Assembly: GCA_020353515.1 (NCBI GenBank)
Contig: CP070695.1
Location: 3,108,943 to 3,161,431, forward strand
Length of the DNA: 52,489 nucleotides
Direction: 5' to 3'
From: Candidatus Heimdallarchaeota archaeon
GTDB lineage: Archaea; Asgardarchaeota; Heimdallarchaeia; Hodarchaeales; Hodarchaeaceae
Under the pieces are notes generated by a model that did not search any database, was not told where the DNA came from, and saw only the letters and a program-made list of their open reading frames with translations. Both the position numbers and the translations under genes were made by a program. This document shows positions 1-10,285 of the stretch, piece after piece; positions within the stretch are counted from its first letter, which is position 1; each line of letters starts with the position of its first letter.

Positions 1-845
1 GATACATGTTGTCCAAATAAATTTTCTTCCCATGTTCCCGAGAAGTTGAATTGTCCAGATAAAGATGCTGCTACTTCAACTGTTTCATTGACACTAACTT
101 CGGCTACTTTTGTTTCGACCCTGACTAAGAGAAAGCGGGGAATCAATAGTTCTTCGAAGATTATTTCGTCATCACTTGGATCTGATGGTGTTTCTCCATC
201 ATAAGAATAAGTAATATGATATATAGCTATGTCTACATAATCATGAATAGTACCTAACCAATCCTTCATCGGTATTGTTTCATTCCTTACAAAAGTCGAA
301 TTAACATATGAAACCCACCATGTGGGCTCTGGTGTCCACCAATGATCGCTCGAATCAGCTAAACCAACATCGATTTGACGACCAAACCAAGAAATATTCA
401 ATGCTTGAGAATTATTAGGCCAATGATGAATGGTAATTCCAGCATAGCGGTACCAAGCTCCTCCAGGGCCCGAAGCATTGGTTAAATAGCCATCAGCGCG
501 ATATCCCAACCAATTTTGGGGAGAACCCGGTAATTCCCACGTTGAACTAGGGGCTGCTTTTGACCGATTCGTCCAACGTTCCCAAAAGATATCCTGTGTC
601 TCCAATCCTGTGCGGATATGAGCATTCCTTGTATAAGATCGTGTGACTGTTCGTTCCTCACTTTCGGAAAATGAGTCAGCGAATTCAACAGATTTGGTGA
701 AATTTCTCTTTTCTTCACCATATTCCCAATCAAATCCGTAGAAGGTGCCAGATGTTTGACTTTCCGCCATCATCGGACTTAATGGGGATTGTACTACAAA
801 AATTAACAATAGAAATAAGAAAAACATCATTTTATAACGTTTCAT
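1..845 (-). CDS. Secreted or surface glycoprotein, 5' part only (runs off the left edge); absent from the ORF track
   Basis: Manual translation from ATG at 845 stays open to the window edge: MKRYKMMFFLFLLLIFVVQSPLSPMMAESQ... (basic n-region, hydrophobic h-region, signal-peptide like). Trp-rich, 9 N-x-S/T sequons in about 281 aa; AGGATG SD-like element upstream. Confidence 0.8.
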   Translation of the reverse strand, partial: MKRYKMMFFLFLLLIFVVQSPLSPMMAESQTSGTFYGFDWEYGEEKRNFTKSVEFADSFSESEERTVTRSYTRNAHIRTGLETQDIFWERWTNRSKAAPSSTWELPGSPQNWLGYRADGYLTNASGPGGAWYRYAGITIHHWPNNSQALNISWFGRQIDVGLADSSDHWWTPEPTWWVSYVNSTFVRNETIPMKDWLGTIHDYVDIAIYHITYSYDGETPSDPSDDEIIFEELLIPRFLLVRVETKVAEVSVNETVEVAASLSGQFNFSGTWEENLFGQHV

Positions 846-1090
846 AAAATTTCATCCTAAAAGTTCTTTGTTTGATTGAAACTATGAAATCTCCAATTAT
901 TTGTAGATTTTCATTAGCTTATGAGTATATCTTAGGTCTCAGTCTCTCAGTTTTTAAGAGATGCTTTATAGGCTTATTGAGAATGTGTATTCAAGTTTAA
1001 TAGAAACGTCTTGCTAAACCTTTTTTCATTTATAAAAACATTCGATATAGACGAAATAGCTAAATCTGATCCGTTACTACTATCATTTCT

Positions 1091-2866
1091 CTAAATTTCT
1101 TGTCCAGCGAATTGTTTTTCGTATAAATTAGCAAAGATGCCCTTTTTATCAAGTAATTCTTGAAAAGTTCCATCTTCTTTGATCTTTCCCTGATCTAATA
1201 CAATTATCCTATCAGCAGACCGAACAGTGCTTAAACGATGAGCAATAATTATTGCAGTTCGATTATCAATGATATGATGCATGCTTTGTTGAATAACAAG
1301 TTCAGTGTGGGCATCAACTGATGATGTAGCTTCATCTAATAAAAGGATCTTGGGATCAGAGAGGATTGCACGAGCAAAGCATATGAGCTGTCGTTCTCCC
1401 ATGGATAATCGTGAACCTCTCTCCCCTACTTGGGAGTCCAGTCCTTTACTCATTACAAAATCAAATGCACCCACTCTAAGGAGGATTTGTTCGATCTCTT
1501 CCTCTGTCGCATCAGCTTTTCCATAGAGGAGGTTTTCTCTTATAGTACCTGAAAAGAGAAATGAATCTTGTGGGATAATCGAAAGCCATTGACGATAATT
1601 TTGCAAATCAACTTCACGAATATCTGTTCCGTCCAATAAGGCTTTCCCATTTTTAAAATCATAAAATCGACATAAAAGGTTCGTAATAGTGGTTTTCCCA
1701 GCACCGGTGTGGCCTACTAGGGCAATTGACGAGTTAGGAGGGATAGTTAAATCAAAGTCAATAATTACTGGCCCTGTATCATCTGAATAGGAGAAGTTCA
1801 GGTTACGAAATTCAATCAATCCTTTTACATTTGTTAAATTTTTATTATCTAGGGGAATAACACTTGGTTTCCTGTCCAAGATATCAAATATTCGTTCAGT
1901 AGCTGCCATTGAGGATAACAAATTATTATAAAAGTTTGAAAGAATCATGATAGGTTGAGATATTCTGCCTAAATAAGAAAGAAATGCAACAAGTACCCCC
2001 ACCGTCATTGTTTCAGTTCCAATTGATATTCCGCCAATAGTTAATACTAAAGCTGTTCCTAACGCTAGAATCATATCCATAACTGGAAACATGATTGCGA
2101 ATAAGATAAGAGCCTTGATCCGTGCTTGGTAGTTTTCTAAATTTAAGATATCAAATTCATTTGTCATAAAATCTTCCGCTGCAAATGCTTTTGATACTTC
2201 GATACCCGAGATTGCTTCTTGATAGTAGCCAGTAACTTTTGCGATTGTTCTCCTAGTTCGCTGCCATGCTTCCCGTGCCTTAACTCTGAAATATACAGTA
2301 AAAATAGCTAATATTGGGAAGATAATTAGAACTGCTACTGTCAATCGCAAATCTAAGTATATTAAAATAAAAAATAGCAAACCTATGAACATTGTATTGA
2401 CAATAGCATCGATTATTCCAGTTGATAACAGATTAAGTAGTCGTTCGACATCATTTGTGACTCTTGAGACAATTCTTCCAGTAGCTTCTCTATCGTAAAA
2501 ATCCATGCTTAAATCCTGAAGCTGATAGAAAGCTTCTTGTCTGATTTGTGTGATAATGCGGATTCCAGTAATAGTTGTGAAATAGCTAGCAATAACATTC
2601 AGTAGGAATGATATAACTGTAACTACAAAGTATATTGTTGTAACGAAACCTAACCCTTCAATTTCTCCAACCAAAATGTAATCATCAATTGCCACTGCCA
2701 GAATCAATGGTTGGATGACAGTAAGAACCGTTGATAGAAACATCGCGACTAAAGCGGTAGAGAAAATAAACATATGAGGTCTAGTATAACCCATCAATCT
2801 CTTGAACAATTCCCAATCTGAATAATCATGTTCAAGCAGATCACGTCTATCTTCTTTGTCACTCAT
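1091..2866 (-). CDS. ABC exporter half-transporter (TMD+NBD), heterodimer subunit with consensus Walker B and H-loop (TM288-like)
   Basis: N-terminal TMD, Walker A GHTGAGKT, degenerate signature LSMGERQ, Walker B LLLDE, switch IAHRL. Confidence 0.95.
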   Translation of the reverse strand: MSDKEDRRDLLEHDYSDWELFKRLMGYTRPHMFIFSTALVAMFLSTVLTVIQPLILAVAIDDYILVGEIEGLGFVTTIYFVVTVISFLLNVIASYFTTITGIRIITQIRQEAFYQLQDLSMDFYDREATGRIVSRVTNDVERLLNLLSTGIIDAIVNTMFIGLLFFILIYLDLRLTVAVLIIFPILAIFTVYFRVKAREAWQRTRRTIAKVTGYYQEAISGIEVSKAFAAEDFMTNEFDILNLENYQARIKALILFAIMFPVMDMILALGTALVLTIGGISIGTETMTVGVLVAFLSYLGRISQPIMILSNFYNNLLSSMAATERIFDILDRKPSVIPLDNKNLTNVKGLIEFRNLNFSYSDDTGPVIIDFDLTIPPNSSIALVGHTGAGKTTITNLLCRFYDFKNGKALLDGTDIREVDLQNYRQWLSIIPQDSFLFSGTIRENLLYGKADATEEEIEQILLRVGAFDFVMSKGLDSQVGERGSRLSMGERQLICFARAILSDPKILLLDEATSSVDAHTELVIQQSMHHIIDNRTAIIIAHRLSTVRSADRIIVLDQGKIKEDGTFQELLDKKGIFANLYEKQFAGQEI

Positions 2867-2872
2867 CTCAAA

Positions 2873-4678
2873 TCAACTCCTCTCTTGGATTATTTTTTCC
2901 AATGCTAGTTTAATGTCTACTAGACCTGCTTCTTGGGTTTTCCAAAGTAGGGGATAAATTTGGCCTCTCTCTAATAGTTCATTATGAGTTCCTTGTTCAA
3001 TAATTTGACCACGGCTCAAGATTATTATTCGATCAACCATTTTTAATGTACTAAGTCTTTGAGTGATGAATATCACAGTCTGTTTGCTCTGGGATCTGTC
3101 TAAATATTGTTCAAAAGCCTTTTGAAAATTATCTTCTGTAGATATGTCTAATGATGACGTTGCATCATCTAGGATCATGATAGGACATTTTCTCAATAAC
3201 ATTCGTGCAATAGCTACCCGTTGTTTCTGCCCCCCAGAGAGAGTGACTCCTCGCTCTCCAATAATTGTCTCTAATCCATCAGGAAGACTATTAACAAAAT
3301 CTGCAAGCTGTGTTATTCTAACAACCTCATTTATCTCTTCATTTGTCGTTTCTGGTACTCCAAAGGCAATATTTTCTGCGATAGTCCTTCCAAAAAGAAA
3401 GGGTTCCTGATGAACATACCCAACTTTCTGTCGCCAGTCTTTGAGATCCATGTCACGTAAATCATGGGTGGATTCACCAGTTTGTATCAATAACCTACCT
3501 TTAGTTGGATCGTAAAATCGAGGAATTAGCGAAATGATTGTACTCTTTCCTGATCCAGTAGGACCAAGGATAGCTACTTTCTCTCCAGAATTAATCGTAA
3601 GAGAAATATCAGATAGTGTCTCCTTTGTGTCATAAGAAAAAGAAATATTCTCAAAAATGATCGTTGGGGTTATTTTCAGCATTTTTACGGCTTTAGGAAC
3701 TTCTGGAAGGTGAGTTGGAGACTCTAACAACGTGAAAACTCTATCTCCTGCTGCTGACACTCGTTGATACATTATGAGTGAAAAAGCTAAAAATCTCGTT
3801 GGCATCGCTAGCATCGTAAAATAAGTGAAGAGAGTAATCAATAAACCAGGACTAATTTCACCTTGAATTACTTGATAACCTCCAGCGAAAATCAGAATTG
3901 TGATTAAAAGATTGACTACGAAAAGTATCATCGGTAGAAAGATCGATCTGATCTTAAATGCATAAGCGCGTAAATTAAAGTAAGCAAAATTCTCTTGATC
4001 AAACTTTTTTTTCTCCCTTTCCTCAGCATTGAAGGCTTTGACAATCTGTATACCAGAAATATTCTCTTGGATAACTGTGGTTAATTTTCCATATTGTTCT
4101 CTTATGTCAAAGTATAGAGGACCGAGTTTTGTGGAAACAAAATAAGATAGAATGAATAAAACTGGAGTTACAATCCCTATCAAAATGAAAAGGCGAAAAT
4201 CTATCATGAATAAAACCAAATATATCCCTGTATAAGTTAAAGATGCCTGTAGTAGAATGCGTTCCCCCCAAACCAAGAATTCAGAGATTGGTTCTAAATC
4301 TGTTGTTGCTCGCGCCATGAGATCTCCTGTGTGATGTTCGTCAAAAAAAGTCAGACTAGAAGTCTCATATTTGATAAATAAATCCTTCCTAATATCATAG
4401 ATTATTTTTTCCCCTTGAAGATAACCAATCCATCTACCTAGAAAATAGGACAACCCACGAATAACACTCGCAACAATAATTAGTATGACACCTGTTACAA
4501 CAATAATTACTTCAAATCGTTCTTCTGCTAATGCTAGAAGAATCTGATCTATGGTGACTCCAACTAGTATTGGAATACTTAATTCTGCGATTTGTGCAAT
4601 GAAAATAAAGATTATTACTGCTATAGCTAACGATTTTCGTTGCAATACATAGTTAAACAAATGTTTTAATACATGCAA
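2873..4678 (-). CDS. ABC exporter half-transporter, degenerate-site subunit (TM287-like)
   Basis: Walker A GPTGSGKS, signature LSGGQKQ, Walker B ILDD (catalytic E to D), switch ITQRL (H to Q); 6 bp from its partner gene. Confidence 0.95.
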   Translation of the reverse strand: MHVLKHLFNYVLQRKSLAIAVIIFIFIAQIAELSIPILVGVTIDQILLALAEERFEVIIVVTGVILIIVASVIRGLSYFLGRWIGYLQGEKIIYDIRKDLFIKYETSSLTFFDEHHTGDLMARATTDLEPISEFLVWGERILLQASLTYTGIYLVLFMIDFRLFILIGIVTPVLFILSYFVSTKLGPLYFDIREQYGKLTTVIQENISGIQIVKAFNAEEREKKKFDQENFAYFNLRAYAFKIRSIFLPMILFVVNLLITILIFAGGYQVIQGEISPGLLITLFTYFTMLAMPTRFLAFSLIMYQRVSAAGDRVFTLLESPTHLPEVPKAVKMLKITPTIIFENISFSYDTKETLSDISLTINSGEKVAILGPTGSGKSTIISLIPRFYDPTKGRLLIQTGESTHDLRDMDLKDWRQKVGYVHQEPFLFGRTIAENIAFGVPETTNEEINEVVRITQLADFVNSLPDGLETIIGERGVTLSGGQKQRVAIARMLLRKCPIMILDDATSSLDISTEDNFQKAFEQYLDRSQSKQTVIFITQRLSTLKMVDRIIILSRGQIIEQGTHNELLERGQIYPLLWKTQEAGLVDIKLALEKIIQERS

Positions 4679-4736
4679 CGAATGACCTCGCTATTTTTCA
4701 AAAATCTGACTGTTTCGATCCTCATTTTACGTTTTT

Positions 4737-5633
4737 TTAAGAACGATTTCTTTTTGAAAAATGTCCTAACTTATTTGCCCAAAAACTCGAATTTTGTACT
4801 TCCGGAACACCTTTTCTCTTTGTAAGTTTATAAAAGTCTTCCATTTGATATTCTAGATCGTTGAACTCAATTGTTTTTCCATCAAGATCAAGAATACAAA
4901 ATGAAGCATTTCCAGTACCATCACGAGGCTGTCCTACTGAACCAGGGTTGAATATAATCCTATCTTTATGAAATGTAAACTTTAATGGAAATTTAGTAGG
5001 TTTGTTGTTAAGAATATCATCAATAAGAGACCAAGAAGAAAATTTATCTCGTTTAATCAAAAATCGCCTATGAGTATGTCCAACAACAATTATTTCTGCT
5101 TCTTCTGCCTTTTTATCATTTTTTAAGCGAGACGTTGTTACTTCAGGGTGTTGAAGAGGAGGAGGTAGTAGATATTTACCAACATTTTCGGTTCTACGTA
5201 CTGATGGTGTCCCATGAGTGAGGTAGAACTTTGTTTGATCTATCTGGAATATTTGTTTAAATGGAAGATTTAAAAGGAAATCAAAGTGTTCTTTTTTAAT
5301 TTCCTTGGCGTTTCGCTCTAACATTTCTGACGCGGTTTCACGAAAATTAAACGTTTTTAAGATCTTATGATCTAATTTCAGGGGGTTTTGTTTACGACAA
5401 CTATATTTGTAACGTACTCCTAGATCATGATTTCCAAGACAGAGGTAAATAGGAAAAGGATAATCAAGAAAAGCATTGATACTTTCTTGTGGTTGAGGGC
5501 CGTAACCAACAAAATCACCACCACAGATCAAATTATCTATCTTTCCCTCTAGAAAATTCAAGACATTTGTCAAAGCATGATAATTAGAATGTATATCTGA
5601 GATCACACCGATTTTTATAATAAGTTCCCCCAT
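4737..5633 (-). CDS. Calcineurin-like metallophosphoesterase (YfcE/MJ0912-like)
   Basis: SDIHSN, GDFVGYGP, GNHD, THG, GHTH and NPGSVGQPRDG motifs. Confidence 0.9.
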   Translation of the reverse strand: MGELIIKIGVISDIHSNYHALTNVLNFLEGKIDNLICGGDFVGYGPQPQESINAFLDYPFPIYLCLGNHDLGVRYKYSCRKQNPLKLDHKILKTFNFRETASEMLERNAKEIKKEHFDFLLNLPFKQIFQIDQTKFYLTHGTPSVRRTENVGKYLLPPPLQHPEVTTSRLKNDKKAEEAEIIVVGHTHRRFLIKRDKFSSWSLIDDILNNKPTKFPLKFTFHKDRIIFNPGSVGQPRDGTGNASFCILDLDGKTIEFNDLEYQMEDFYKLTKRKGVPEVQNSSFWANKLGHFSKRNRS

Positions 5634-5666
5634 ACTTTTAATTCTAATATTATACCGTTAAAACAG

Positions 5667-6440
5667 TCAAGAATGAAAGAACAATGACATAACATAGATA
5701 AGTAGTGCTCCTATTATGAAGAAAATTAGATTCTGTAGATTATTCTTTTCGTGAGTTTGGGGAATTAAATCCGAGGCCGCTACATAGATGAATGTTCCAG
5801 CTGCCAATGCTAAGAGGATTCCAATCATGGATTCTGACATAACACCTATAAATAACAATGAAAATAACGCTCCAAACGGGGTTGCAATAGCTACAATCAC
5901 AGATAAAATTTTCGATTTATCTGGCATTACTTCATTTATGATAGCAAAAGAAGTTACCCCTTCTGGCATCTCGTGAAGAATCACAGCCATTGCAGCTAAA
6001 AAACCTATTTCTACACTTAGTTCAAAGCCCACACCAATGATTATTCCATCAATTAACGAATGAAAAGCTAGACCAGAAAAGGCCATTACTCCTATTCTTG
6101 ATGTATGGTGTGTTCCTGAATCATCGTCATCCTCATCGAGACAATAATGGATTTCACTCCCAGAATGGATCACAATAAAATTCTCTAACAGATAAAAGGC
6201 AAAGAATCCGACGAAAAGTGCTGGATAGAATGCTAATTCAGAGAGTTCAACTGCTTCTGGCATTAAATGAAAAAACACTAATGCTAAGATTAATCCAGCT
6301 GCAAATGAATTGACATAGTGAGAGTTTTTGAGACCCCATTCTTGGTTTCTTCGTATCACATAAATACCAAAAAGAGTTGCTAATCCCGCAAGGGTGCCAT
6401 AAAAGAGAATAGAGATTTCCATTTCATACATAAGTTCCAC
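5667..6440 (-). CDS. ZIP family divalent metal transporter
   Basis: About 8 TM helices, HSLIDG and HEMPEG metal sites, His/Asp-rich loop, GTFIYVAASDLIP. Confidence 0.92.
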   Translation of the reverse strand: MELMYEMEISILFYGTLAGLATLFGIYVIRRNQEWGLKNSHYVNSFAAGLILALVFFHLMPEAVELSELAFYPALFVGFFAFYLLENFIVIHSGSEIHYCLDEDDDDSGTHHTSRIGVMAFSGLAFHSLIDGIIIGVGFELSVEIGFLAAMAVILHEMPEGVTSFAIINEVMPDKSKILSVIVAIATPFGALFSLLFIGVMSESMIGILLALAAGTFIYVAASDLIPQTHEKNNLQNLIFFIIGALLIYVMSLFFHS

Positions 6441-6472
6441 TTTGAAGTAATATTAAGTCGATGTGAATATTT

Positions 6473-7375
6473 TTACTGGCCTTTATGAACTTCTTCTATT
6501 TTTTCTTCCAAAAATCCCAAAATGTCACTTGTTAAATCAAAAATAGAATATGGATTTATTACAATCAAATTGATTTGATAACTTGATTGATTGTAAGATC
6601 TATCATTCAAAAACCAAGTAATTTGCTCTACAGTTCTACCACTGAATTTTTGTGCCGCTTCATTCAGCACTCCCTTTGTAAGAGAGTGTTTGTATTTGTC
6701 GGGATTGACATTGTAAATAAGAGGGTAAAGATAATACTCCTGCTCTTTATCAGCATATTTAGCACGAATCCCTCTTAAAATATCAACCACATCACCAATA
6801 TTATCAAATTTATCCCCTTCTTTGTCGCGCCAGGTGATCTTCCCTTTATTAACTGCTTCTACAGGAACCATTATGCTGGTATTATGAATAGTTGTCCCCA
6901 ACATCTTCTGGTTGTTAATACTCACCTGTACCCCTTGAGGAGTGATGATTTTAGTATAATTTATTGATATTTCTTCAACAATTCCTTCAACCTTCAAATC
7001 AGGGAGCATTATATAATCTCCAACATTGAATGGGTTAGTAACAAGAAGGTACAACCCACTAATGAAATTCCCAATAGTAGTCGATGAAGCAAAACCGATA
7101 GCTGTCCCAAGTAAAGCCGCTGCCCCAATGAATAGTTCTTCACCTGCGATCCAGAACAATCCTAAAAGAAGAAGAGTTGCACGACCTAACGTCCTTAACG
7201 CGTTATATAGCTCAGGAGAGATGTTTGATTTCACACGATTAAGGAGAAATCCCCATATAATCCATAGACAAAAAATAATAAACAAAACTTGTATTATATA
7301 TATTCCAAAAACAATTAAAGGATCAGTCAATAACTTTGTTAACGAATCATCAATTAAATCTTGAGTGATGGTCAA
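6473..7375 (-). CDS. mscS: Small-conductance mechanosensitive channel family protein
   Basis: GAAALLGTAIGFAS...NFISGLYLL..NPFNVGDYI....EGIVEEISINYTKI MscS core; C-terminal region atypical. Confidence 0.85.
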   Translation of the reverse strand: MTITQDLIDDSLTKLLTDPLIVFGIYIIQVLFIIFCLWIIWGFLLNRVKSNISPELYNALRTLGRATLLLLGLFWIAGEELFIGAAALLGTAIGFASSTTIGNFISGLYLLVTNPFNVGDYIMLPDLKVEGIVEEISINYTKIITPQGVQVSINNQKMLGTTIHNTSIMVPVEAVNKGKITWRDKEGDKFDNIGDVVDILRGIRAKYADKEQEYYLYPLIYNVNPDKYKHSLTKGVLNEAAQKFSGRTVEQITWFLNDRSYNQSSYQINLIVINPYSIFDLTSDILGFLEEKIEEVHKGQ

Positions 7376-7545
7376 AAATTATCACCTAGACACTTTTCTT
7401 ACGAAAATTCTGTATGTCCTTAGTCTTCCATCATCATAAAAAATGGTTTCCAAGCGAAAAAACTCATTTTTAGAAAACTTATCCTAAATTGTTAAAAAAA
7501 GAAAAAAAGCGAAAATGGAGGTATTTTAAGGAAATACAGAGAGAT

Positions 7546-8694
7546 TTACAGAATATGTATGCTTCCTGTCGAAGTGTCCAAGAAAACATAGATTTTCATG
7601 GAGGCAGAATCGTAATTTTCACTTTTATAAGTATATTCATCATCCGTTGAATAATCAGGAGTGTTAATAGTACCTGTTGATACATCAGCATAGATTTGAA
7701 GTCCTATAGATGAATTAAGCGCGTAATGAAAATCGATACTACCAGTTGAGGTACCCGCGTTATAATAGATTAGTGTATTATTGTCTATTGATTCTTGAAA
7801 GAGATCAACGGAAATTGATCCAGTTGAAGTATCGATCATCCATTCTACTTCACTAGAGTAGTACATCAATTCGAAAAAATCCGCTGTAATTGATCCTGTA
7901 GACGTATGGAGAGTGAAATCTTGTGATGCTGAAAAGTACACTTCGGAAAAATCAACAGTGATGCTTCCAGTACTTGTGTCTAAATATAGAGAGGAAATAT
8001 TCGTTTGATAAGCACCGACTGAAATTGCCCCTGTTGAGACTTCTATATTCAATTCTGTGGTTGCACGATTAGATATCAAAATATCTAGCTCATATAAATA
8101 TGGATTCTCCCAATCTGAGTCAGAAGATGAATCAAAAGTTATAAAATAATGATTATTATATTCTTCGTATTCAATAGTGTTGGCCTCATAAAGATGGTAA
8201 CCTTCACGTGCGTAGACATGAATTTGAGCTTCGAAAAATTTTATATTCTCTACAATATCAATATTCACTGCTCCTATGGAATTATCAACTTCTAGGTCAA
8301 TGTAGGCTGAATTATTAGTTAAGTTCTCCCCAATATATTCGTTAAGATCGCCGATATATTCATATTGGTTAAAGACATTGAAGGAAAATGGTAGAAAAGC
8401 TAGTCCTATCAAAATAACAGCCGCAAATCCCACAATCACAACAAAGAAGACTCCAATGAATACCCATTTTGCCCAGTTGGTTGAAGATCTATGATAGGGT
8501 CTGTAAGAACTAGTATAGCTGGGTGGGGGTGAAGTTTGGTTGTATGAACTGAAAACTGGTTTTTTAGGAGGTTGGGATTCCTTAGCAAATAATGGTTGAG
8601 TAGGTACTGAAGTTTTCACTTTGTTTCCGCAATATTCACAGAAGAGAGAATCCTCTGCGATCCTCCCACCACATTTTGTACAAAATTTTGACAT
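7546..8694 (-). CDS. Zinc-ribbon + Pro/Ser-rich linker + single TM + extracellular DUF4097-like beta-strand repeats
   Basis: N-terminal CTKC-x10-CEYC, one long hydrophobic helix, about 7 (T/V)STG(S/A/T)I repeats. Confidence 0.75.
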   Translation of the reverse strand: MSKFCTKCGGRIAEDSLFCEYCGNKVKTSVPTQPLFAKESQPPKKPVFSSYNQTSPPPSYTSSYRPYHRSSTNWAKWVFIGVFFVVIVGFAAVILIGLAFLPFSFNVFNQYEYIGDLNEYIGENLTNNSAYIDLEVDNSIGAVNIDIVENIKFFEAQIHVYAREGYHLYEANTIEYEEYNNHYFITFDSSSDSDWENPYLYELDILISNRATTELNIEVSTGAISVGAYQTNISSLYLDTSTGSITVDFSEVYFSASQDFTLHTSTGSITADFFELMYYSSEVEWMIDTSTGSISVDLFQESIDNNTLIYYNAGTSTGSIDFHYALNSSIGLQIYADVSTGTINTPDYSTDDEYTYKSENYDSASMKIYVFLDTSTGSIHIL

Positions 8695-8838
8695 CTTTTG
8701 TGTTCCTCAAGAATTTCTAATCTGGATAAAGGATGATCATTCATTTATAAATAACGTTAGATAGTGGAATAAATCCTGAAATTTAGTGCTTTTAATCCTC
8801 TCATTTTAACATAAAAAATAAAACGAGTATCCAGATGA

Positions 8839-9570
8839 ATGCAACGTATGGGTAATTATGAAGAAATCTTGTGGGAAGGTCGGATTCCACTTTCATCGGT
8901 TATATGGACTTTTGATCCAAATAAAACCTTTAAATTTTCTCCCTTATTTGAGGAACAACGACAACAAATCTGGAATGCAATGTGTAAAACACACCCTCAT
9001 TTGTACGATGGACAAATTTTAATTTTAAACGATTTCTCCTTTGAAAAAAATATACTGAAGTTAAATACTTGGACTATACGATTCTCGTGCATTCAAGTTT
9101 TTTTGAAGAAAAATCTTGAGGTTCCAAAATTTGGAGGATTAGGATTTCAAGCAATAATAACAGATCCAACATATTCTTATTTGTTGATAGGAGAAAGAGC
9201 ACACACATCTGAGTATAAACCAGGTTATAAGGCAATACCAGGAGGAATTTTTGAAGAAAGCGATAGTAAAAAATCGCTTTTAGAAGCGTGTTTACGGGAA
9301 CTTAAAGAGGAAATACAAATTGATGTCAATCCAGAATCCTTTTTTATCATAGCAATGGTCAGAGAAGCTTCAAAATTGGGAACATGCTTGATAATCGAGG
9401 TTGAGACAAGAGAAGATGTTTCCCAGCAGTCACTCTATGGGAATGATGAGTGGGAAAGCAATCAACTAGAATGGATAGAATTTTCTCAGGTCTTTGATTT
9501 AAAGCATAAACATCTTACAGAAGGATTACACTTTCTCAGATCAAAGTTGATTGAAAAAAATTCACTGTAG
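8839..9570 (+). CDS. Nudix hydrolase
   Basis: Nudix-like box PGGIFEESDSKKSLLEACLRELKEEI. Confidence 0.85.
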   Translation: MQRMGNYEEILWEGRIPLSSVIWTFDPNKTFKFSPLFEEQRQQIWNAMCKTHPHLYDGQILILNDFSFEKNILKLNTWTIRFSCIQVFLKKNLEVPKFGGLGFQAIITDPTYSYLLIGERAHTSEYKPGYKAIPGGIFEESDSKKSLLEACLRELKEEIQIDVNPESFFIIAMVREASKLGTCLIIEVETREDVSQQSLYGNDEWESNQLEWIEFSQVFDLKHKHLTEGLHFLRSKLIEKNSL

Positions 9571-10212
9571 ATTTCTATTGGCATAATCTGACAATATTCG
9601 TTGCTCTGCTCGCCTTAATCTTTCCTGCATCGCTACACGTTTAATGCCGATGTCTCGAGCTAAGCTTTCAATAGTTATTTTTGACCGTCGAGGGATCTCA
9701 TAATACCCTTTCTTGAATGCTAGTTCGAAGGCTTCTAGTTGTTTAGGTGTAAGAAGTGTTCCTTTTGATTTAAAAGGTGTTGAAGTAAGTGATACAATTT
9801 TGACGGTTGTAAATCGTAATTTCAGGGTATCCAATAGGGCTTTGAGGGCCTCACGAGAAGGGGAATAGACTGTATGATATTGAACACCTTTAACAATGAT
9901 AATTGGCAGAAGTGACATACTACCACTCTCTAAGATGGTTTCATAAATGGAAGGGTAATCCAAATCATGTTCTGAACGTGTGAAATAAATAGTAGGAGAC
10001 GAGGAAGTCACTTCAAAGTCACGAACACTCCCAGATGCTTTAACACTGTCAACATATGTTTGAATTGTTTTTTCACCCCCCTCTAGGGCCTCGATAAATC
10101 CGTAACCCTCAGGTAGCCTGATTGTAACAATTGTTACTTTTACAGGGATTCTTTTAGTCAATTCACATAAATAATAATCTTTGGAACTAATTTGAAGGTT
10201 AGTTTGAATCAA
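9562..10212 (-). CDS. Bacterio-opsin activator-type (HTH_10) transcriptional regulator
   Basis: C-terminal LTPKQLEAFELAFKKGYYEIPRR...LARDIGI....ERLRRAEQRIL. Confidence 0.88.
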   Translation of the reverse strand: MIQTNLQISSKDYYLCELTKRIPVKVTIVTIRLPEGYGFIEALEGGEKTIQTYVDSVKASGSVRDFEVTSSSPTIYFTRSEHDLDYPSIYETILESGSMSLLPIIIVKGVQYHTVYSPSREALKALLDTLKLRFTTVKIVSLTSTPFKSKGTLLTPKQLEAFELAFKKGYYEIPRRSKITIESLARDIGIKRVAMQERLRRAEQRILSDYANRNLQ

Positions 10213-10223
10213 TTTATATTCAT

Positions 10224-10237
10224 CCGTCGTGTGACGG
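10224..10237. promoter_or_regulatory. Inverted repeat, candidate operator between the divergent HTH regulator and EamA gene
   Basis: CCGTC-gtgt-GACGG, GC-rich within an AT-rich 73-bp divergent spacer and flanked by TATA-like sequences. Confidence 0.35.
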
Positions 10238-10285
10238 GAATAAGTATATTCTTCTTCAATTTTATCAACAAATTGGGATGAAAAA

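Noticed and set aside
482-733. 83-aa ORF from the track
   Set aside because: Out-of-frame shadow inside the longer signal-peptide ORF 1-845 on the same strand
2873-4678. E-to-D and H-to-Q changes as signs of pseudogenisation
   Set aside because: This is the standard degenerate site of heterodimeric ABC exporters, complemented by the adjacent subunit
4737-5633. Metallophosphoesterase as a Vps29 (retromer) homologue
   Set aside because: It keeps the full GNHD catalytic set and the NPGSVGQPRDG motif of widespread prokaryotic enzymes; nothing Vps29-specific is visible
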